A DNA stretch of 64,000 nt from Candidatus Giovannonibacteria bacterium (GCA_016176295.1 JACOXN010000008.1:4638-68637); one strand, 5' to 3'. Numbered from the stretch's first letter, positions 39,386 through 49,631 are shown. A program made the numbers and translations. Notes: a model not told the origin generated them from the sequence alone.

Positions 39386-41074
39386 ATGGGAAACAACGGC
39401 AACGGAGTAGTCGCCTATTTTTCTCCCGAGTTCGGCATAGACCAGCAGCTGCCGATTTACAGCGGAGGATTGGGATTATTGGCTGCATCACTCGCGAAAT
39501 CTTTCCGGGAAATGAACATCCCGGTCGTCGTAGTTTCGGTCCTCGCGCGCGAGGGTTACTACGATCAGTACGTCGAAGAGTTTACCAACGACAAAGGCGA
39601 GACGGATTTCAAGATGGGGATCCGCTACAAAAGGTGGGAGCGCGAAGAAGAGTTCCTGGAAGACACGGGCGTCATCGTGCCCATAAACATCAATGACCGG
39701 CTGAATGTAATTAAGGTCTGGAAATTGAAAGACCTGTTCGGCTCGGTTCCGGTATATCTTCTGGACACCGACGTTCCGCCCAACGACCACATCGCCCGGC
39801 TCAACACAAGAAATCTCTACGGCGGTACAATGCACAGCGGCGTGTCATGGGAAGACCTGGAAAGAAGGCGCCTCGCACAGTATTATATTTTGGGGAAGGG
39901 CGGCGTAAAAGCACTGAGGCGGCTCGGGATAAAAATGGCCAAGTACCACCTGAATGAATCCCATTCGTACTTCGCGGCCCAGGAAATACTTTCCGGAGCC
40001 TTGAAGCAGGGTGTGAGCTGGACCGACGCGATCCACTTCACGAAGTCCAAAGTAGTATTTTCAACGCACACCCCTGCGTCATCCGGCCACGGCCATCAAG
40101 TTTTTCCGCTCGATGAAGTGGCTAAAATGGCGAACATAAACTGCAAGGGCCCGATAACAGTTGACCATCTGCGAATGCTTGGCGGAGACTCGCTCGGAAA
40201 ATTCAACATGACCGCTGCTTGTTTTCACCTCGCCGGGGTAGCCAACGCAGTTTCCAAAAAACATCTGGAAGGCATCAAAAAAGTCTGGGGATTCCTGGAA
40301 GGCGCGGCTCCTATCATCAACATCACGAACGCCGTGAACCACAGACATCTCCAGTACGAGGAGTTCCGCAACGCCCGGACACCGAAAGAAAAAGCCGAGG
40401 CAAAGCTCAAATATAAGCGCATGCTCATCGCAAAATACGCCCCGGCCTGGAATGAGAACGTGTTTACGGCGGGGTGGGGCAGGCGCGGGCAAGCCTACAA
40501 AAGAATGAAACTTCTGCTCCACGGGGACAACTACTGGTGGCTTTCAAATCTAATGAAAGAGAACCGAATACAGGTTCTCATGGGCGGAAAGCCGCACCCG
40601 GACGACCGGGAAAGAATAAAGGACTGGGAAGAACTCTACAAACTTAGCAAGTCAAAGGACTTCCCAAATCTGGTCGTAGTGTCCGGGTACGAACTGGACA
40701 TGATGAAAGAGTGGAGCGCAGGCGTCGACACCTGGTTAAACACTCCCCGCTCATCCTGTGAAGCATCAGGCACCTCAGGAATGAAAGGGAACGGAGCAAT
40801 AAACTGCTCAACGCCCGACGGTTGGATGTGGGAAGCAGAGGCGAATAATTATTTTCCCTTCGGGCTAGATTCCCCCATTGACTTGGGGACACATGATACG
40901 CACGATGCCCAGGAGCTTCAACGAGCCGTCAACGACATGATGACGATCTACTACCACGACCGCGACAAGTGGAACCAAAAGATTCTGGACAGCGACCGCG
41001 AAGTAGAGACACACTTCGACAGCAACGATAGAGCGTTGCAGTACGCAACCGCACTTTACGGCTTAAGTCTTTAA
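39386..41074 (+). CDS. glgP: Alpha-glucan phosphorylase (short form)
   Basis: AYFSPEFG..YSGGLG.LA, HLNESH, FSTHTP, GKPHP.D, EASGTSGMK (PLP Lys). Confidence 0.9.
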   Translation: MGNNGNGVVAYFSPEFGIDQQLPIYSGGLGLLAASLAKSFREMNIPVVVVSVLAREGYYDQYVEEFTNDKGETDFKMGIRYKRWEREEEFLEDTGVIVPININDRLNVIKVWKLKDLFGSVPVYLLDTDVPPNDHIARLNTRNLYGGTMHSGVSWEDLERRRLAQYYILGKGGVKALRRLGIKMAKYHLNESHSYFAAQEILSGALKQGVSWTDAIHFTKSKVVFSTHTPASSGHGHQVFPLDEVAKMANINCKGPITVDHLRMLGGDSLGKFNMTAACFHLAGVANAVSKKHLEGIKKVWGFLEGAAPIINITNAVNHRHLQYEEFRNARTPKEKAEAKLKYKRMLIAKYAPAWNENVFTAGWGRRGQAYKRMKLLLHGDNYWWLSNLMKENRIQVLMGGKPHPDDRERIKDWEELYKLSKSKDFPNLVVVSGYELDMMKEWSAGVDTWLNTPRSSCEASGTSGMKGNGAINCSTPDGWMWEAEANNYFPFGLDSPIDLGTHDTHDAQELQRAVNDMMTIYYHDRDKWNQKILDSDREVETHFDSNDRALQYATALYGLSL

Positions 41075-41093
41075 AAACGAAGAACGCGAACAC

Positions 41094-41128
41094 AAAAAAA
41101 CGACCAGCCCAAGGCTGGTCATTTTTTT
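41094..41128. terminator. Bidirectional intrinsic terminator
   Basis: A7-CGACCAGCC-CAA-GGCTGGTC-A-T7. Confidence 0.8.
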
Positions 41129-41147
41129 ATGATAAAAAGTTGTCGAC

Positions 41148-41167
41148 CCTGCCTACCGGCAGGCAGG
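41148..41167. repeat. Short palindromic repeat CCTGCCTACCGGCAGGCAGG
   Basis: Near-perfect dyad; relative inside the rpsA 3' end. Confidence 0.75.
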
Positions 41168-41171
41168 CTTT

Positions 41172-41540
41172 TTACCCAAGCTCTCGCTTGTAGCCAAAAT
41201 TGGAAGAAAAGTAACTTCTATTGTTTACAAAGATACGAATGCTTCGGAACATACTAACCGCGAGCATAAAGCTTACTACCCCGGCCGCCGATATAACGAT
41301 AAGCGCGATCGGGTCAGCATGGTTCAGTGCGGAAGCGATGAATCTCGGCACATTCGTAAGACCCGATCCTGCCGCACTCAAGAAATTGGCCGCAATCTGC
41401 GAGACAAAGAAACTATCCGCGACCACTCTGTAAGACACTACTATGAGCGCGGATACCAAAGCCAGTTTGGGGGCTATCCGCCTTACCAACCAGATACCGT
41501 ATACTCTTTTCATTATTCTGTTTTTCAGTTCGTTTGCCAT
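41172..41540 (-). CDS. Membrane protein, possible anti-sigma factor
   Basis: Two TM helices; 2 bp downstream of ECF sigma gene. Confidence 0.6.
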   Translation of the reverse strand: MANELKNRIMKRVYGIWLVRRIAPKLALVSALIVVSYRVVADSFFVSQIAANFLSAAGSGLTNVPRFIASALNHADPIALIVISAAGVVSFMLAVSMFRSIRIFVNNRSYFSSNFGYKRELG

Positions 41541-41542
41541 GA

Positions 41543-42130
41543 TCAGTTGTTTTTACCCATTATATCCTTTAAAACTTTCCGTGCGCGAAAAAGTTTCATC
41601 TTGAGCGCTCCGATGGAAATATCGTATTTTTTGGCTATTTCTTCGTATGGCCGGTCTTCTATATAGTGGTCCCGCAGGAGAGCGGCCGCGTCTTCCGGCA
41701 AACGGCTGATGGCGGAATTAATTTCGTCTTTCCGGTATACGTCGTCCAGTTCATTTTCCAGCGGCAAGCCCACGTCGGCCTCCTCCCCTTTCGCCAAAAT
41801 CTCGTCCAGGTATCCGACGTCTCCGAAAGTCCTTTTTATCTTCCGGTAATGTGTCAGCGAAGTATTGACCAAAATCCTCCAGGCCCAGCTTTTAAATTCG
41901 ATACCCTCCTGTTTTTTAAATCTTCCTGCGTAGAGATACATTTTTGTGAAAGTTTCCTGCACGATGTCTTCCGCTTCCTCCTGGCTATGCACAATGCTCT
42001 GGGCTTTTCGCAAAAAAGGCACCTGATACTTGTCTATCAATATTGAAAAAAGCGCCGGGTTTTCCATGGAACCGCGGAGAATTTCCTCCTCGGGTATATT
42101 TTGCGGAGCCGAATTCTTTTTCACGGGCAT
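41543..42130 (-). CDS. ECF RNA polymerase sigma factor
   Basis: EAEDIVQETF region 2; YEEIA...ISIGALKMKLFRAR region 4. Confidence 0.9.
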   Translation of the reverse strand: MPVKKNSAPQNIPEEEILRGSMENPALFSILIDKYQVPFLRKAQSIVHSQEEAEDIVQETFTKMYLYAGRFKKQEGIEFKSWAWRILVNTSLTHYRKIKRTFGDVGYLDEILAKGEEADVGLPLENELDDVYRKDEINSAISRLPEDAAALLRDHYIEDRPYEEIAKKYDISIGALKMKLFRARKVLKDIMGKNN

Positions 42131-42175
42131 TCCACAAATTAACACATTTAATGGATTTTTTCTACCTTGACACTA

Positions 42176-42538
42176 CTACCACAAAAGTTTTGTAATATAA
42201 CGCACTATTTCTTCTTTGGGAACGGGCCCGAGCGTGAAAGTTTTGACCCCGAATTGCTGGAGAACCGCCTGGTCTCCCCCTTCGATAAGCGAACCGATGT
42301 AGATGAACTCCGTTTTTGGGAGAGACGTACCGGCTTTTTTTACAAAATCCGTGATGCTCTGCCAATACACCGGCAGCATGAAAATTATCGCCTCGGGAGA
42401 AGTTTCTTTCGCTATTTTAAAGGCCTCCTCGAAACTTTCGGTGACATCCACTTTGAAGCCTTCTTTCCTCAAAATGGAATCAAATTCCCCGATATCTCTG
42501 TGGGTGCCGATGACTAAAATGTTTTTTTGAAGCGGCAT
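42176..42538 (-). CDS. Receiver-domain-like protein lacking the phospho-acceptor Asp
   Basis: CheY-like pattern ILVI...L.KEGF.V....EEA...PEAIIF. Confidence 0.55.
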   Translation of the reverse strand: MPLQKNILVIGTHRDIGEFDSILRKEGFKVDVTESFEEAFKIAKETSPEAIIFMLPVYWQSITDFVKKAGTSLPKTEFIYIGSLIEGGDQAVLQQFGVKTFTLGPVPKEEIVRYITKLLW

Positions 42539-42657
42539 TAGAATTTAATTCTACCATATATACGAATTACCAATCATTTAAAACTTTGACTTTCTCCGGA
42601 AAAGCGATAAGTTTAACGTTAGAAGCTTAACATTGGGACGATTATAGGAGGCGCAAA

Positions 42658-44949
42658 TTGAAGGTTTTAAGGCTGGCGGTGAGAGTGATTCTGGTTAATT
42701 TTATCTTATTTACGGCCCTGTCGGCCGGAGGATTGGGGATTCTGTATTTCAAAGGATTTTTCACTTTTCCGGACTTTAACAAACTGAACGACACGAGACA
42801 GGCAAGCCGAATGTTCGACAGAAACGGCGAAGCTCTGCGGGCATATTGCAGTTTTTGCCGCGAGATATTGCCGCTTGAAGCCATGGGCGACCTGCCGAAA
42901 TACGCGGTCGAAGTGGAAGATCACCGATATTGGAAATTTACAAGACGATGGTGGCCATTTGATTCCATTGGTATCGTGAAAGCTATCTTCATAAATATAA
43001 CTTCGGGCAGGGTAAAAGCCGGGGCATCAAGCATCACTCAGCAGGTAACGCGCAATGCGCTTCTGGAAGACGAACTGCGCGTGCAGTACGAAAGCAATTC
43101 GGAGGCGGCAAAATGGTGGCGCAAGGGACGGGAAGCATGGATTGCGCCCATCGTACAATACAAATATGCGAGGAGTGAGATCCTTAAATTTTATCTCAAC
43201 TCGAATTTTTGCGGATACGGTCTGTACGGCGTATCGCTCTGCAGCTGGTATTGGTTCGATAAAAAAACTGGCGAGCTCAACCCAGCGGAAAAAGCCTGGC
43301 TTTTCCTTCTCTGGCGAAGCCCATCCTACGCACTTCTTGAGAACAAAGAGAATGCCAAGAAAGCACGAACAAGGGTGCTAAGCCAATTCGTAGAACGCCG
43401 ACTCATCACTGAGTCGGAACAAAAAAAATGGGACGCCTATCCCCTCCCGGAAGCGCGGCCGGCGCACACAAAAAATCCCGCTCCGAATTTCACCGAGTGG
43501 TTACGGCGCAACATTACCGCCAAAGGAAAACTTGTCGACATGGGGCTTACCATCCGCACGACCTTAGACGCTAATCTCCAGCGAACCACCCAGGAAGCGC
43601 TCCAAAAACAACTGGCGATAATGCGGGGAAAAAATCCTGAACTGACGGATCTCCGCGCCTGCGCGGTCATAATCCACCGCTCAAGCGGCGCAATCCTGGT
43701 CTGGGCGGAGGAACCTTCTTTCGCCGAAAACGAATTTTTACTTTGCAGCCAGGCCAATCCGCAGACAGGTTCGGCGATGAAACCACTGTTTTACGCTTTG
43801 TGGCTCAAAAAAGGAGGCCGGCTTTCGTGCTTAGACGAAGGAACCGGGCCATGCAGACTGGATGACTCCTCCGGAATAACGATATCCATGGGCGGAGGCA
43901 GAGCGCAGCGTATCCACAATTTTCCTTATGGAGGCAAGCTCGCCAGATACGTGGGCATTGCGGAGCCGCTTCTTTGTCTTACACAATCAAGAAACGCATG
44001 CACGATGAGCGGAGTTGACGGAACCTGGTACTCGAACGCCCAAAGATTCCATATTACCGAAGAGGACGGAAAAGTAAGGACGGAGCGTATCAGCAAGGAC
44101 GAAATGCTGGAGTTCGCCCGCGATATCGGCATCTCGCTTGAAATATACAAAGGGAATCTTGAGGAAGCGAGGAAACTCGGCATGCTCATTCGGCCCGCTC
44201 TAGCGGACAAATTGAACATATCCCGAGCGACCGTGGACCCCGGGCTTACGCTTCCCATCGGCTCTATAAACGTATCCCCGCTGGAAATGGCGCGGATGTT
44301 CGCGGCCCTTACCACCGGGTTCACTGTTGAGCCCTACGGCATAGAAATCATTCAGGACGCGTCGGGGCGGATAATTGAGCCAGAACACGCGCTCCCCAAG
44401 ATAATTTTCCCTAAGAAAATAACGAACGAAGTGACCATGAACGGCAAAGTCGTTCCGCTGGTCGAGGAAATAGTCGACGATAAGCTGCCGCTGGGAATCC
44501 TGCGCGGTTTGCGCGCCACGATAGAGCTTCCGCACGGAACTGGCCAGCGCGCCAAGCGCGAACTCAATTTCCAGGTCTGCGGAAAAACCGGAACGGCAAC
44601 CCGCAACACAAGAGACCCGATAACCGGAGAGGCAAAAGGCGAAACCACCGACAACTGGTTTGTAGGCTGCACTCCTTCGTACGTAATGGCCATCTGGATC
44701 GGGCGCGACAAAAAGCAGCCGTTAATGAAACCTGAATGGGAAGGAAGAACTTCCGGCCAATTCACCGGCGGAAGTACAGCCCTTCCGATATTCATAGAGG
44801 TGATGAGAAAACTGTATGAGACCGAGCCCATTGAAAAATTTCCCGAGGCCACGAACCCGGCCAAACCTTTCTTCTATCCGGCGCCGGCGGAAACCGATAC
44901 GCCGGAAAACGACGCCGAACAGCCTCAGGAAGAGACCAACAATTTTTAA
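42658..44949 (+). CDS. Class A penicillin-binding protein (transglycosylase/transpeptidase)
   Basis: EDHRY, GASSITQQ, RK..E; SAMK, SRN, KTGT. Confidence 0.9.
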   Translation: MKVLRLAVRVILVNFILFTALSAGGLGILYFKGFFTFPDFNKLNDTRQASRMFDRNGEALRAYCSFCREILPLEAMGDLPKYAVEVEDHRYWKFTRRWWPFDSIGIVKAIFINITSGRVKAGASSITQQVTRNALLEDELRVQYESNSEAAKWWRKGREAWIAPIVQYKYARSEILKFYLNSNFCGYGLYGVSLCSWYWFDKKTGELNPAEKAWLFLLWRSPSYALLENKENAKKARTRVLSQFVERRLITESEQKKWDAYPLPEARPAHTKNPAPNFTEWLRRNITAKGKLVDMGLTIRTTLDANLQRTTQEALQKQLAIMRGKNPELTDLRACAVIIHRSSGAILVWAEEPSFAENEFLLCSQANPQTGSAMKPLFYALWLKKGGRLSCLDEGTGPCRLDDSSGITISMGGGRAQRIHNFPYGGKLARYVGIAEPLLCLTQSRNACTMSGVDGTWYSNAQRFHITEEDGKVRTERISKDEMLEFARDIGISLEIYKGNLEEARKLGMLIRPALADKLNISRATVDPGLTLPIGSINVSPLEMARMFAALTTGFTVEPYGIEIIQDASGRIIEPEHALPKIIFPKKITNEVTMNGKVVPLVEEIVDDKLPLGILRGLRATIELPHGTGQRAKRELNFQVCGKTGTATRNTRDPITGEAKGETTDNWFVGCTPSYVMAIWIGRDKKQPLMKPEWEGRTSGQFTGGSTALPIFIEVMRKLYETEPIEKFPEATNPAKPFFYPAPAETDTPENDAEQPQEETNNF

Positions 44950-44967
44950 CCAAATGAAAACCCCGCT

Positions 44968-45681
44968 TCACTCGCGGGGATTTTTTTTGCGAAAATCAGG
45001 TAAAACAAAAATATGAAAACAATTTGTATTTCCGGAAAGCTCTTCAATGGCTTCGACAGCGTCGGCTTTTTTCCATTGAACAAGCTCCCTTCTCATCCAG
45101 CTTATCTCGGCCAAGGCCATCCCCAGCCGAGAAATATCCATCGCGGCCCCGGTAAGATGGGCGGACCTGGAAAAAAGCGAAGCGCCGCTTGCAATGCTTT
45201 GCCGTAAACCCACAATGGCAGCCTGCCTAGGGGGGTCCCTTATAAGCCCGGTCAACCTCAGCTTTTTGCTGAAGTTTTTAAAATATTTTTCCGATAACAG
45301 TTCCAGAAACTCTCTGGCATACGGCCGGAGATACAAATATCCGTCCGATATTTCCTTTGAGTCGGCATAGTAATATGCCGCGTCGCGGGAAATTTTGACC
45401 AACAACCCGGCCTTATAAAATTTTCCGATGCTATCGGGACTTTGCATCCTTTCGATGCCGTAATTGTCGGCCGCTTCGTTTTGAAGCCTCAGAGAATCCT
45501 TGGAAGCAAGCAGCGGAGCATGCCATTCAGGCACCGGTTTGCTTATCTTCGGCTTGCGCTTCGGTCTGGGTTTCAGGCCGGATCTCGGTTTTTTTAAAGC
45601 TCCGAGCGCCATACCAGTTGAAAACAGGGCGAAAATTGAAGCGAACGCGAAACAACAGAATAGCCGCCGGTTTAATTCCAT
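44968..45681 (-). CDS. DUF5715-like exported M15-type Zn peptidase
   Basis: Signal peptide; SAHLTGAAMDIS (H-x6-D), CFHI. Confidence 0.7.
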   Translation of the reverse strand: MELNRRLFCCFAFASIFALFSTGMALGALKKPRSGLKPRPKRKPKISKPVPEWHAPLLASKDSLRLQNEAADNYGIERMQSPDSIGKFYKAGLLVKISRDAAYYYADSKEISDGYLYLRPYAREFLELLSEKYFKNFSKKLRLTGLIRDPPRQAAIVGLRQSIASGASLFSRSAHLTGAAMDISRLGMALAEISWMRRELVQWKKADAVEAIEELSGNTNCFHIFVLPDFRKKNPRE

Positions 45682-45746
45682 AACGTGCTCCGTGTAAATC
45701 TATCTGCATCCTACCCTATCGGCATTAAAATTGATATAATGGAGGC

Positions 45747-45947
45747 ATGACAAAAGACGCAAAAGGCATGGCGGGAGTCCGTTCCCGCGACAAGCTTACC
45801 GGCCGGCTTCGCCGGAAACGTGCTGATACGAAAATAATCACTCTCGACAAAGATTACAAGCGCGACCTGTCTTCCAACGAAGACCTCCAGCTGGGTACAG
45901 TTCTCAAACGGAAGCGCAAGGGTTCTTTGAAAAAGCTCCTGAAATAA
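45747..45947 (+). CDS. Small basic hypothetical protein
   Basis: TATAAT and GGAGG before ATG; R/K-rich. Confidence 0.7.
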   Translation: MTKDAKGMAGVRSRDKLTGRLRRKRADTKIITLDKDYKRDLSSNEDLQLGTVLKRKRKGSLKKLLK

Positions 45948-45983
45948 AAAAACCGCATTCGCCTGCTGGCGGAGCGGAGTTAA

Positions 45984-46358
45984 TTATTTTCTTATAACAA
46001 GTTTGCTCGTGGCGACCTTGCCGGCTTTCCAGAACTTTTTAGCGTACTCCACAACAGGTTTAGGCTGGAAAGGTTTGCAGGTGAAAATGTTTATATAAAC
46101 GCAGCGCATTTTGGGAAGAAGATGCATCACGATATCCGAGGTCACTATGAATTGAAGCACCGAAGTGCCGTGCCAAAAAGGTATTTCGCTTTTTTGCGTC
46201 CACCAAAGCGGCCGGCCGTGCCTTTTCATTTTGGTCATACTGCAAACCTCGACGATGAACTCCTCCGTCCTCTTTTTTGACACATTCTTCCCCAAGTCAC
46301 AAGCATGGAGGTCGATTATCAGCTCCATGCCGTAATTCTTACTTTGAGATGTTTTCAC
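45984..46358 (-). CDS. speD: S-adenosylmethionine decarboxylase-like proenzyme
   Basis: YGMELIIDLH.C, G.S....TSDI..H (cleavage-site Ser), YINIFTCK.F. Confidence 0.7.
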   Translation of the reverse strand: MKTSQSKNYGMELIIDLHACDLGKNVSKKRTEEFIVEVCSMTKMKRHGRPLWWTQKSEIPFWHGTSVLQFIVTSDIVMHLLPKMRCVYINIFTCKPFQPKPVVEYAKKFWKAGKVATSKLVIRK

Positions 46359-46444
46359 TCCCGCCTCGCATACCGATTTTTATTTATCTAAAATAAAATT
46401 ATCATAAGAACCATATCTCATGCAAATTAATCAAGTATTTAAAT

Positions 46445-46603
46445 TTATTCCCTTACAGAATGTTTGATGATGTCCAAATTACAGCTTTTATGCTCTTTGC
46501 ACCAGGCTTCACACTTTTCCGCCATAGCCTTATCGGCGTACTTCAAGCCGCATTCATCGCATTGAAACAATTCCTTGTTTTTATTTTTTATGGATGTAAC
46601 CAT
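46445..46603 (-). CDS. Small Zn-finger-like protein (52 aa; not in ORF track)
   Basis: MVTSIKNKNKELFQCDECGLKYADKAMAEKCEAWCKEHKSCNLDIIKHSVRE. Confidence 0.75.
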   Translation of the reverse strand: MVTSIKNKNKELFQCDECGLKYADKAMAEKCEAWCKEHKSCNLDIIKHSVRE

Positions 46604-46641
46604 TTAATTTGGTGGACCTCGTCTGTGCCAATTAGACCAGA

Positions 46642-47226
46642 TTACGGCTTTCCTTCAGCTATTACCAATACAGCCTCAAGCGCAGATGGTAATTCCTTAA
46701 TTCCGCTATCTCCGCCGAAGTGTCCTTTGCCGTGTTCAATCGCTGTTTTTGCTCCCAACCTTTGCTCAAAAAGTTCTTTGTTGTTTTGTGGCACAAATTC
46801 GTCATCGTCCGAAAACACGGCAAAAAACTTTTTGGTGTGTTGCTTCACTTTTCCAAAATCAATCGGGATTTCTAACCACGGCTTGACAATTTCTTTTTCC
46901 TCGTCGGTTTTCAAGTTCATAAGCGTAAACCAACCAGCCACGAAAATCGCGCCACCTGCCTTTTTGTCGGCTGGCAAACCCTCCAAATATCGAATGATTG
47001 TTTGGCAACCAATACTATGACCAACGAAAAAGGTATTTTCATCAACACCGCTGACAATTTTGGAAAGATGCGAAACCCACGCTTCTATTTTTGGCTCTGC
47101 TGGTTCTGGCATAGCCGGAACATGAACTTGAAAACCGTTTTTCTCTAGTTCTGTCTTTAGCCACGGAAACCAGCCCTCATCGGGGTAGCCATCCCAGCCG
47201 TGGATTATGAAAGCTCTTTTTTGCAT
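46642..47226 (-). CDS. RBBP9/YdeN-family alpha/beta hydrolase
   Basis: IIHGW...WFPWL, GHSIG nucleophile elbow, SDDD.FVP, GHF. Confidence 0.9.
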   Translation of the reverse strand: MQKRAFIIHGWDGYPDEGWFPWLKTELEKNGFQVHVPAMPEPAEPKIEAWVSHLSKIVSGVDENTFFVGHSIGCQTIIRYLEGLPADKKAGGAIFVAGWFTLMNLKTDEEKEIVKPWLEIPIDFGKVKQHTKKFFAVFSDDDEFVPQNNKELFEQRLGAKTAIEHGKGHFGGDSGIKELPSALEAVLVIAEGKP

Positions 47227-47261
47227 AGACATATGTAAATATGAATAGTTTAAAGTGGATT

Positions 47262-47335
47262 TGGTGGACCTACCGAGAGTCGAACTCGGACTTGATCCAT
47301 GCCATGGATCCGTCATGCCGCTAGACCATAGGCCC
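47262..47335 (-). tRNA. tRNA-Ala(GGC)
   Basis: G3:U70 pair, GATCC-ATGGCAT-GGATC anticodon arm, CCA. Confidence 0.93.
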
Positions 47336-47398
47336 CAACACAAGTTATGTTAGCAATTTCCCTGAAAAAATAAAAGTCTGGCCAAAGCTGGCTTGCCG

Positions 47399-47719
47399 TT
47401 ATCTAACCGAGCTCCCCGGCGGAGCATCTCCCATGGGTGTAAGCAGCACGGGCTTTCCGCTGTCGTCGGCGGCTAAAAGCATGCCCTGCGACTCAAGACC
47501 CATCAGTATCCTCGGCTCAAGATTCGCAATAATAACAATGTTCTTTCCGACTATTTCCTCGGGAGAATAAATTTTTCCTATCCCTCCGATTATTTGTCTC
47601 TGCTCTTCCCCTAACGAAACTTGGAGCTTTAACAATTTATCCGAGCCTTCAATGCGTTCGGCCGAAATGACTTTCGCCACTTTCAATTCAACTTTTTTAA
47701 ATTCATCGTAAGTTATCAT
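47399..47719 (-). CDS. tRNA-binding protein (MetRS C-terminal/Trbp111/CsaA OB fold)
   Basis: SDKLLKL.V.LG...RQI, ANLEPR.LMGLESQGMLLAA. Confidence 0.9.
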   Translation of the reverse strand: MITYDEFKKVELKVAKVISAERIEGSDKLLKLQVSLGEEQRQIIGGIGKIYSPEEIVGKNIVIIANLEPRILMGLESQGMLLAADDSGKPVLLTPMGDAPPGSSVR

Positions 47720-47862
47720 GTGTTTATATACTGCACTGCTCGCCGAGCAAAACAACAGTGCATATCATTACGCTAAAAATTAATAATAAGAGTGAAAGAA
47801 TAAAAAAAATTAGCCAAGACGGATTTTTTCGGAATAATTTTATTATTATTTTTAACATTAAA

Positions 47863-48294
47863 TCAGATGAGCCCTGTAGTTCCGAATCCGCCGCGGGACT
47901 TATTGCCTAAATCATCCACTTCCTCCCATTCGACCCGTTCGTATTTCCTCAAAAAACCCTGTGATATTCTTTCCCCTTTTTCGATGGTAACGGGCATGTC
48001 GGAAAAATTATAGACCGCTGCATTGTATTCGTCATCATGGCCGGAAAAATCAGTATCGAAAATTCCGACGTTATTGGCAAGCATCAGCCCTTTTTTGTGT
48101 AGCGATGACCGCGCCAGCATAATTATCATATGGCTCTCGGGATGCTCTATCGCCACATTCAGGGGAATGTAAGACACCTGCTTGGGCTGAATTTCCGCAG
48201 TTACCCGGGAAACAAAATCAAAAGCCGCGGCTCCCGCTGTTTTATATTGCGGCAAAGGCAGAGTTTTATCGATTCTCCGGATACGGACTTTCAT
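47863..48294 (-). CDS. dut: dUTP diphosphatase
   Basis: AAAFD, ARSS, GIFDTDFSG, GERISQ, RGGFGTTG. Confidence 0.93.
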   Translation of the reverse strand: MKVRIRRIDKTLPLPQYKTAGAAAFDFVSRVTAEIQPKQVSYIPLNVAIEHPESHMIIMLARSSLHKKGLMLANNVGIFDTDFSGHDDEYNAAVYNFSDMPVTIEKGERISQGFLRKYERVEWEEVDDLGNKSRGGFGTTGLI

Positions 48295-48330
48295 ACCTTA
48301 ATATTAAATAAAAAAGACCCGATTGGGAAA

Positions 48331-49554
48331 TCAGGGCCTTTGGGACTTTTTTACTTTAACTTTTGAAAAACCGTTCCTCAAAAGGTCTTCTCTTAGGTCG
48401 GCAAACTCTTCCCGGCCAAGAGCGAGCCTGACGGTCGTGGGATGAATGCCGGCGGCCAGGCGGTCATTTGGCTCCATACAGCCATGAGTTTCCAGCCATG
48501 GCCCGATCACGAGGGACCTGGCCTCGCCGATGTTCGCCGCGTGGTCGAAAAGCTTTAGATGGTCCATGAAACGGCCGACATTACTTTCGTCGCCTTTCAG
48601 GTCGAACGAAAGCATGCCGCCGAAACCTTTACGCATGATCTGCCGGTTTAAAGGAGCCAGCGGCCCCAACGTGGGATAGTAAACTTTGTCTACCAAAGGA
48701 CTCTTCGAGAGGAACTCCGCCATGAGCTCGGCGTTCCGGCAATGTTCCTTCATCCGCGAAGAAATGGATTCGATATGATAAAGGAGTATGTGAGCGTTGT
48801 CCGGGGAAAGGCATGCGCCCGTGTTCCTAAAAGGCATCATGCGCATCTGGTCGATTATTTTTTGATCCTTGCCGTGGATTATGCCGGCAACCTCTTCCCC
48901 GTCGCCGATGTACTTGGTTATCGACTGGCCTATCCAATCCGCTCCCCACAAAAAAGGCTGATACAACACATGCGTCGCCAGAGTATGGTCCACCACCACC
49001 TGTATGTCGCGGCCCGCGGAATGCGCGAGCTGGGCCAACGGGCGGATGTCGAAAACATCTATCAAAGGATTGGACGGGTTTTCGATGTGGAATGCTTTGG
49101 TATTGGGCCGGATAAGACGTTCCCATTCGTTGACGTCGTGAGGGTCTTTGACAAAGCTTACCTCCACGCCATCCCTGGGTTTGATGACCCTGAAAAGATT
49201 ATCCACCCCGCCGTACACTTTCGGCGAAGAGATAATATGGTCCCCGCACTTGGTTAAAAAGCGATAAAGAACGTCTATCGCAGCCATCCCCGAAGCGGCG
49301 GCAAGAGCGGCATTGGAACCCTCCAAAATACACATCCTTTTTTCAAGGTTTTCGACAGTTTCGTTGCTGATGCGCGAATAGGCGTGCGCTTTTTTCTCTC
49401 CGGAAAAAATTTTAGCGCCGTTTTCATAGGTTCCCAACGGCTCGGCGACCACCCGCACGAGGCGCGGCCGGACGAATTTATCGGTAACCAGGCCTCCGCC
49501 GTGTATCTCATTGGTTTTCGCACTCAACGGCCATAGATCGGAACTTTTTACCAT
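48331..49554 (-). CDS. PLP-dependent Cys/Met metabolism enzyme (MetZ/MetB/MdeA-like)
   Basis: YSRISN, ASGMAAI, YGG, ENPSNP, VDHT, SITKYI (PLP Lys), ANIGE. Confidence 0.85.
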   Translation of the reverse strand: MVKSSDLWPLSAKTNEIHGGGLVTDKFVRPRLVRVVAEPLGTYENGAKIFSGEKKAHAYSRISNETVENLEKRMCILEGSNAALAAASGMAAIDVLYRFLTKCGDHIISSPKVYGGVDNLFRVIKPRDGVEVSFVKDPHDVNEWERLIRPNTKAFHIENPSNPLIDVFDIRPLAQLAHSAGRDIQVVVDHTLATHVLYQPFLWGADWIGQSITKYIGDGEEVAGIIHGKDQKIIDQMRMMPFRNTGACLSPDNAHILLYHIESISSRMKEHCRNAELMAEFLSKSPLVDKVYYPTLGPLAPLNRQIMRKGFGGMLSFDLKGDESNVGRFMDHLKLFDHAANIGEARSLVIGPWLETHGCMEPNDRLAAGIHPTTVRLALGREEFADLREDLLRNGFSKVKVKKSQRP

Positions 49555-49631
49555 ATCAATACCTCGCTCAAAAAATCTATACTCAAGCTAACGCATTGAT
49601 CCAAAAAATTCAATACAAACAAAAAAGCGGC

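Noticed and set aside
47227..47343. N-terminal extension of the YdeN-like ORF
   Set aside because: It reads through tRNA-Ala; homology starts at MQKRAFIIHG.
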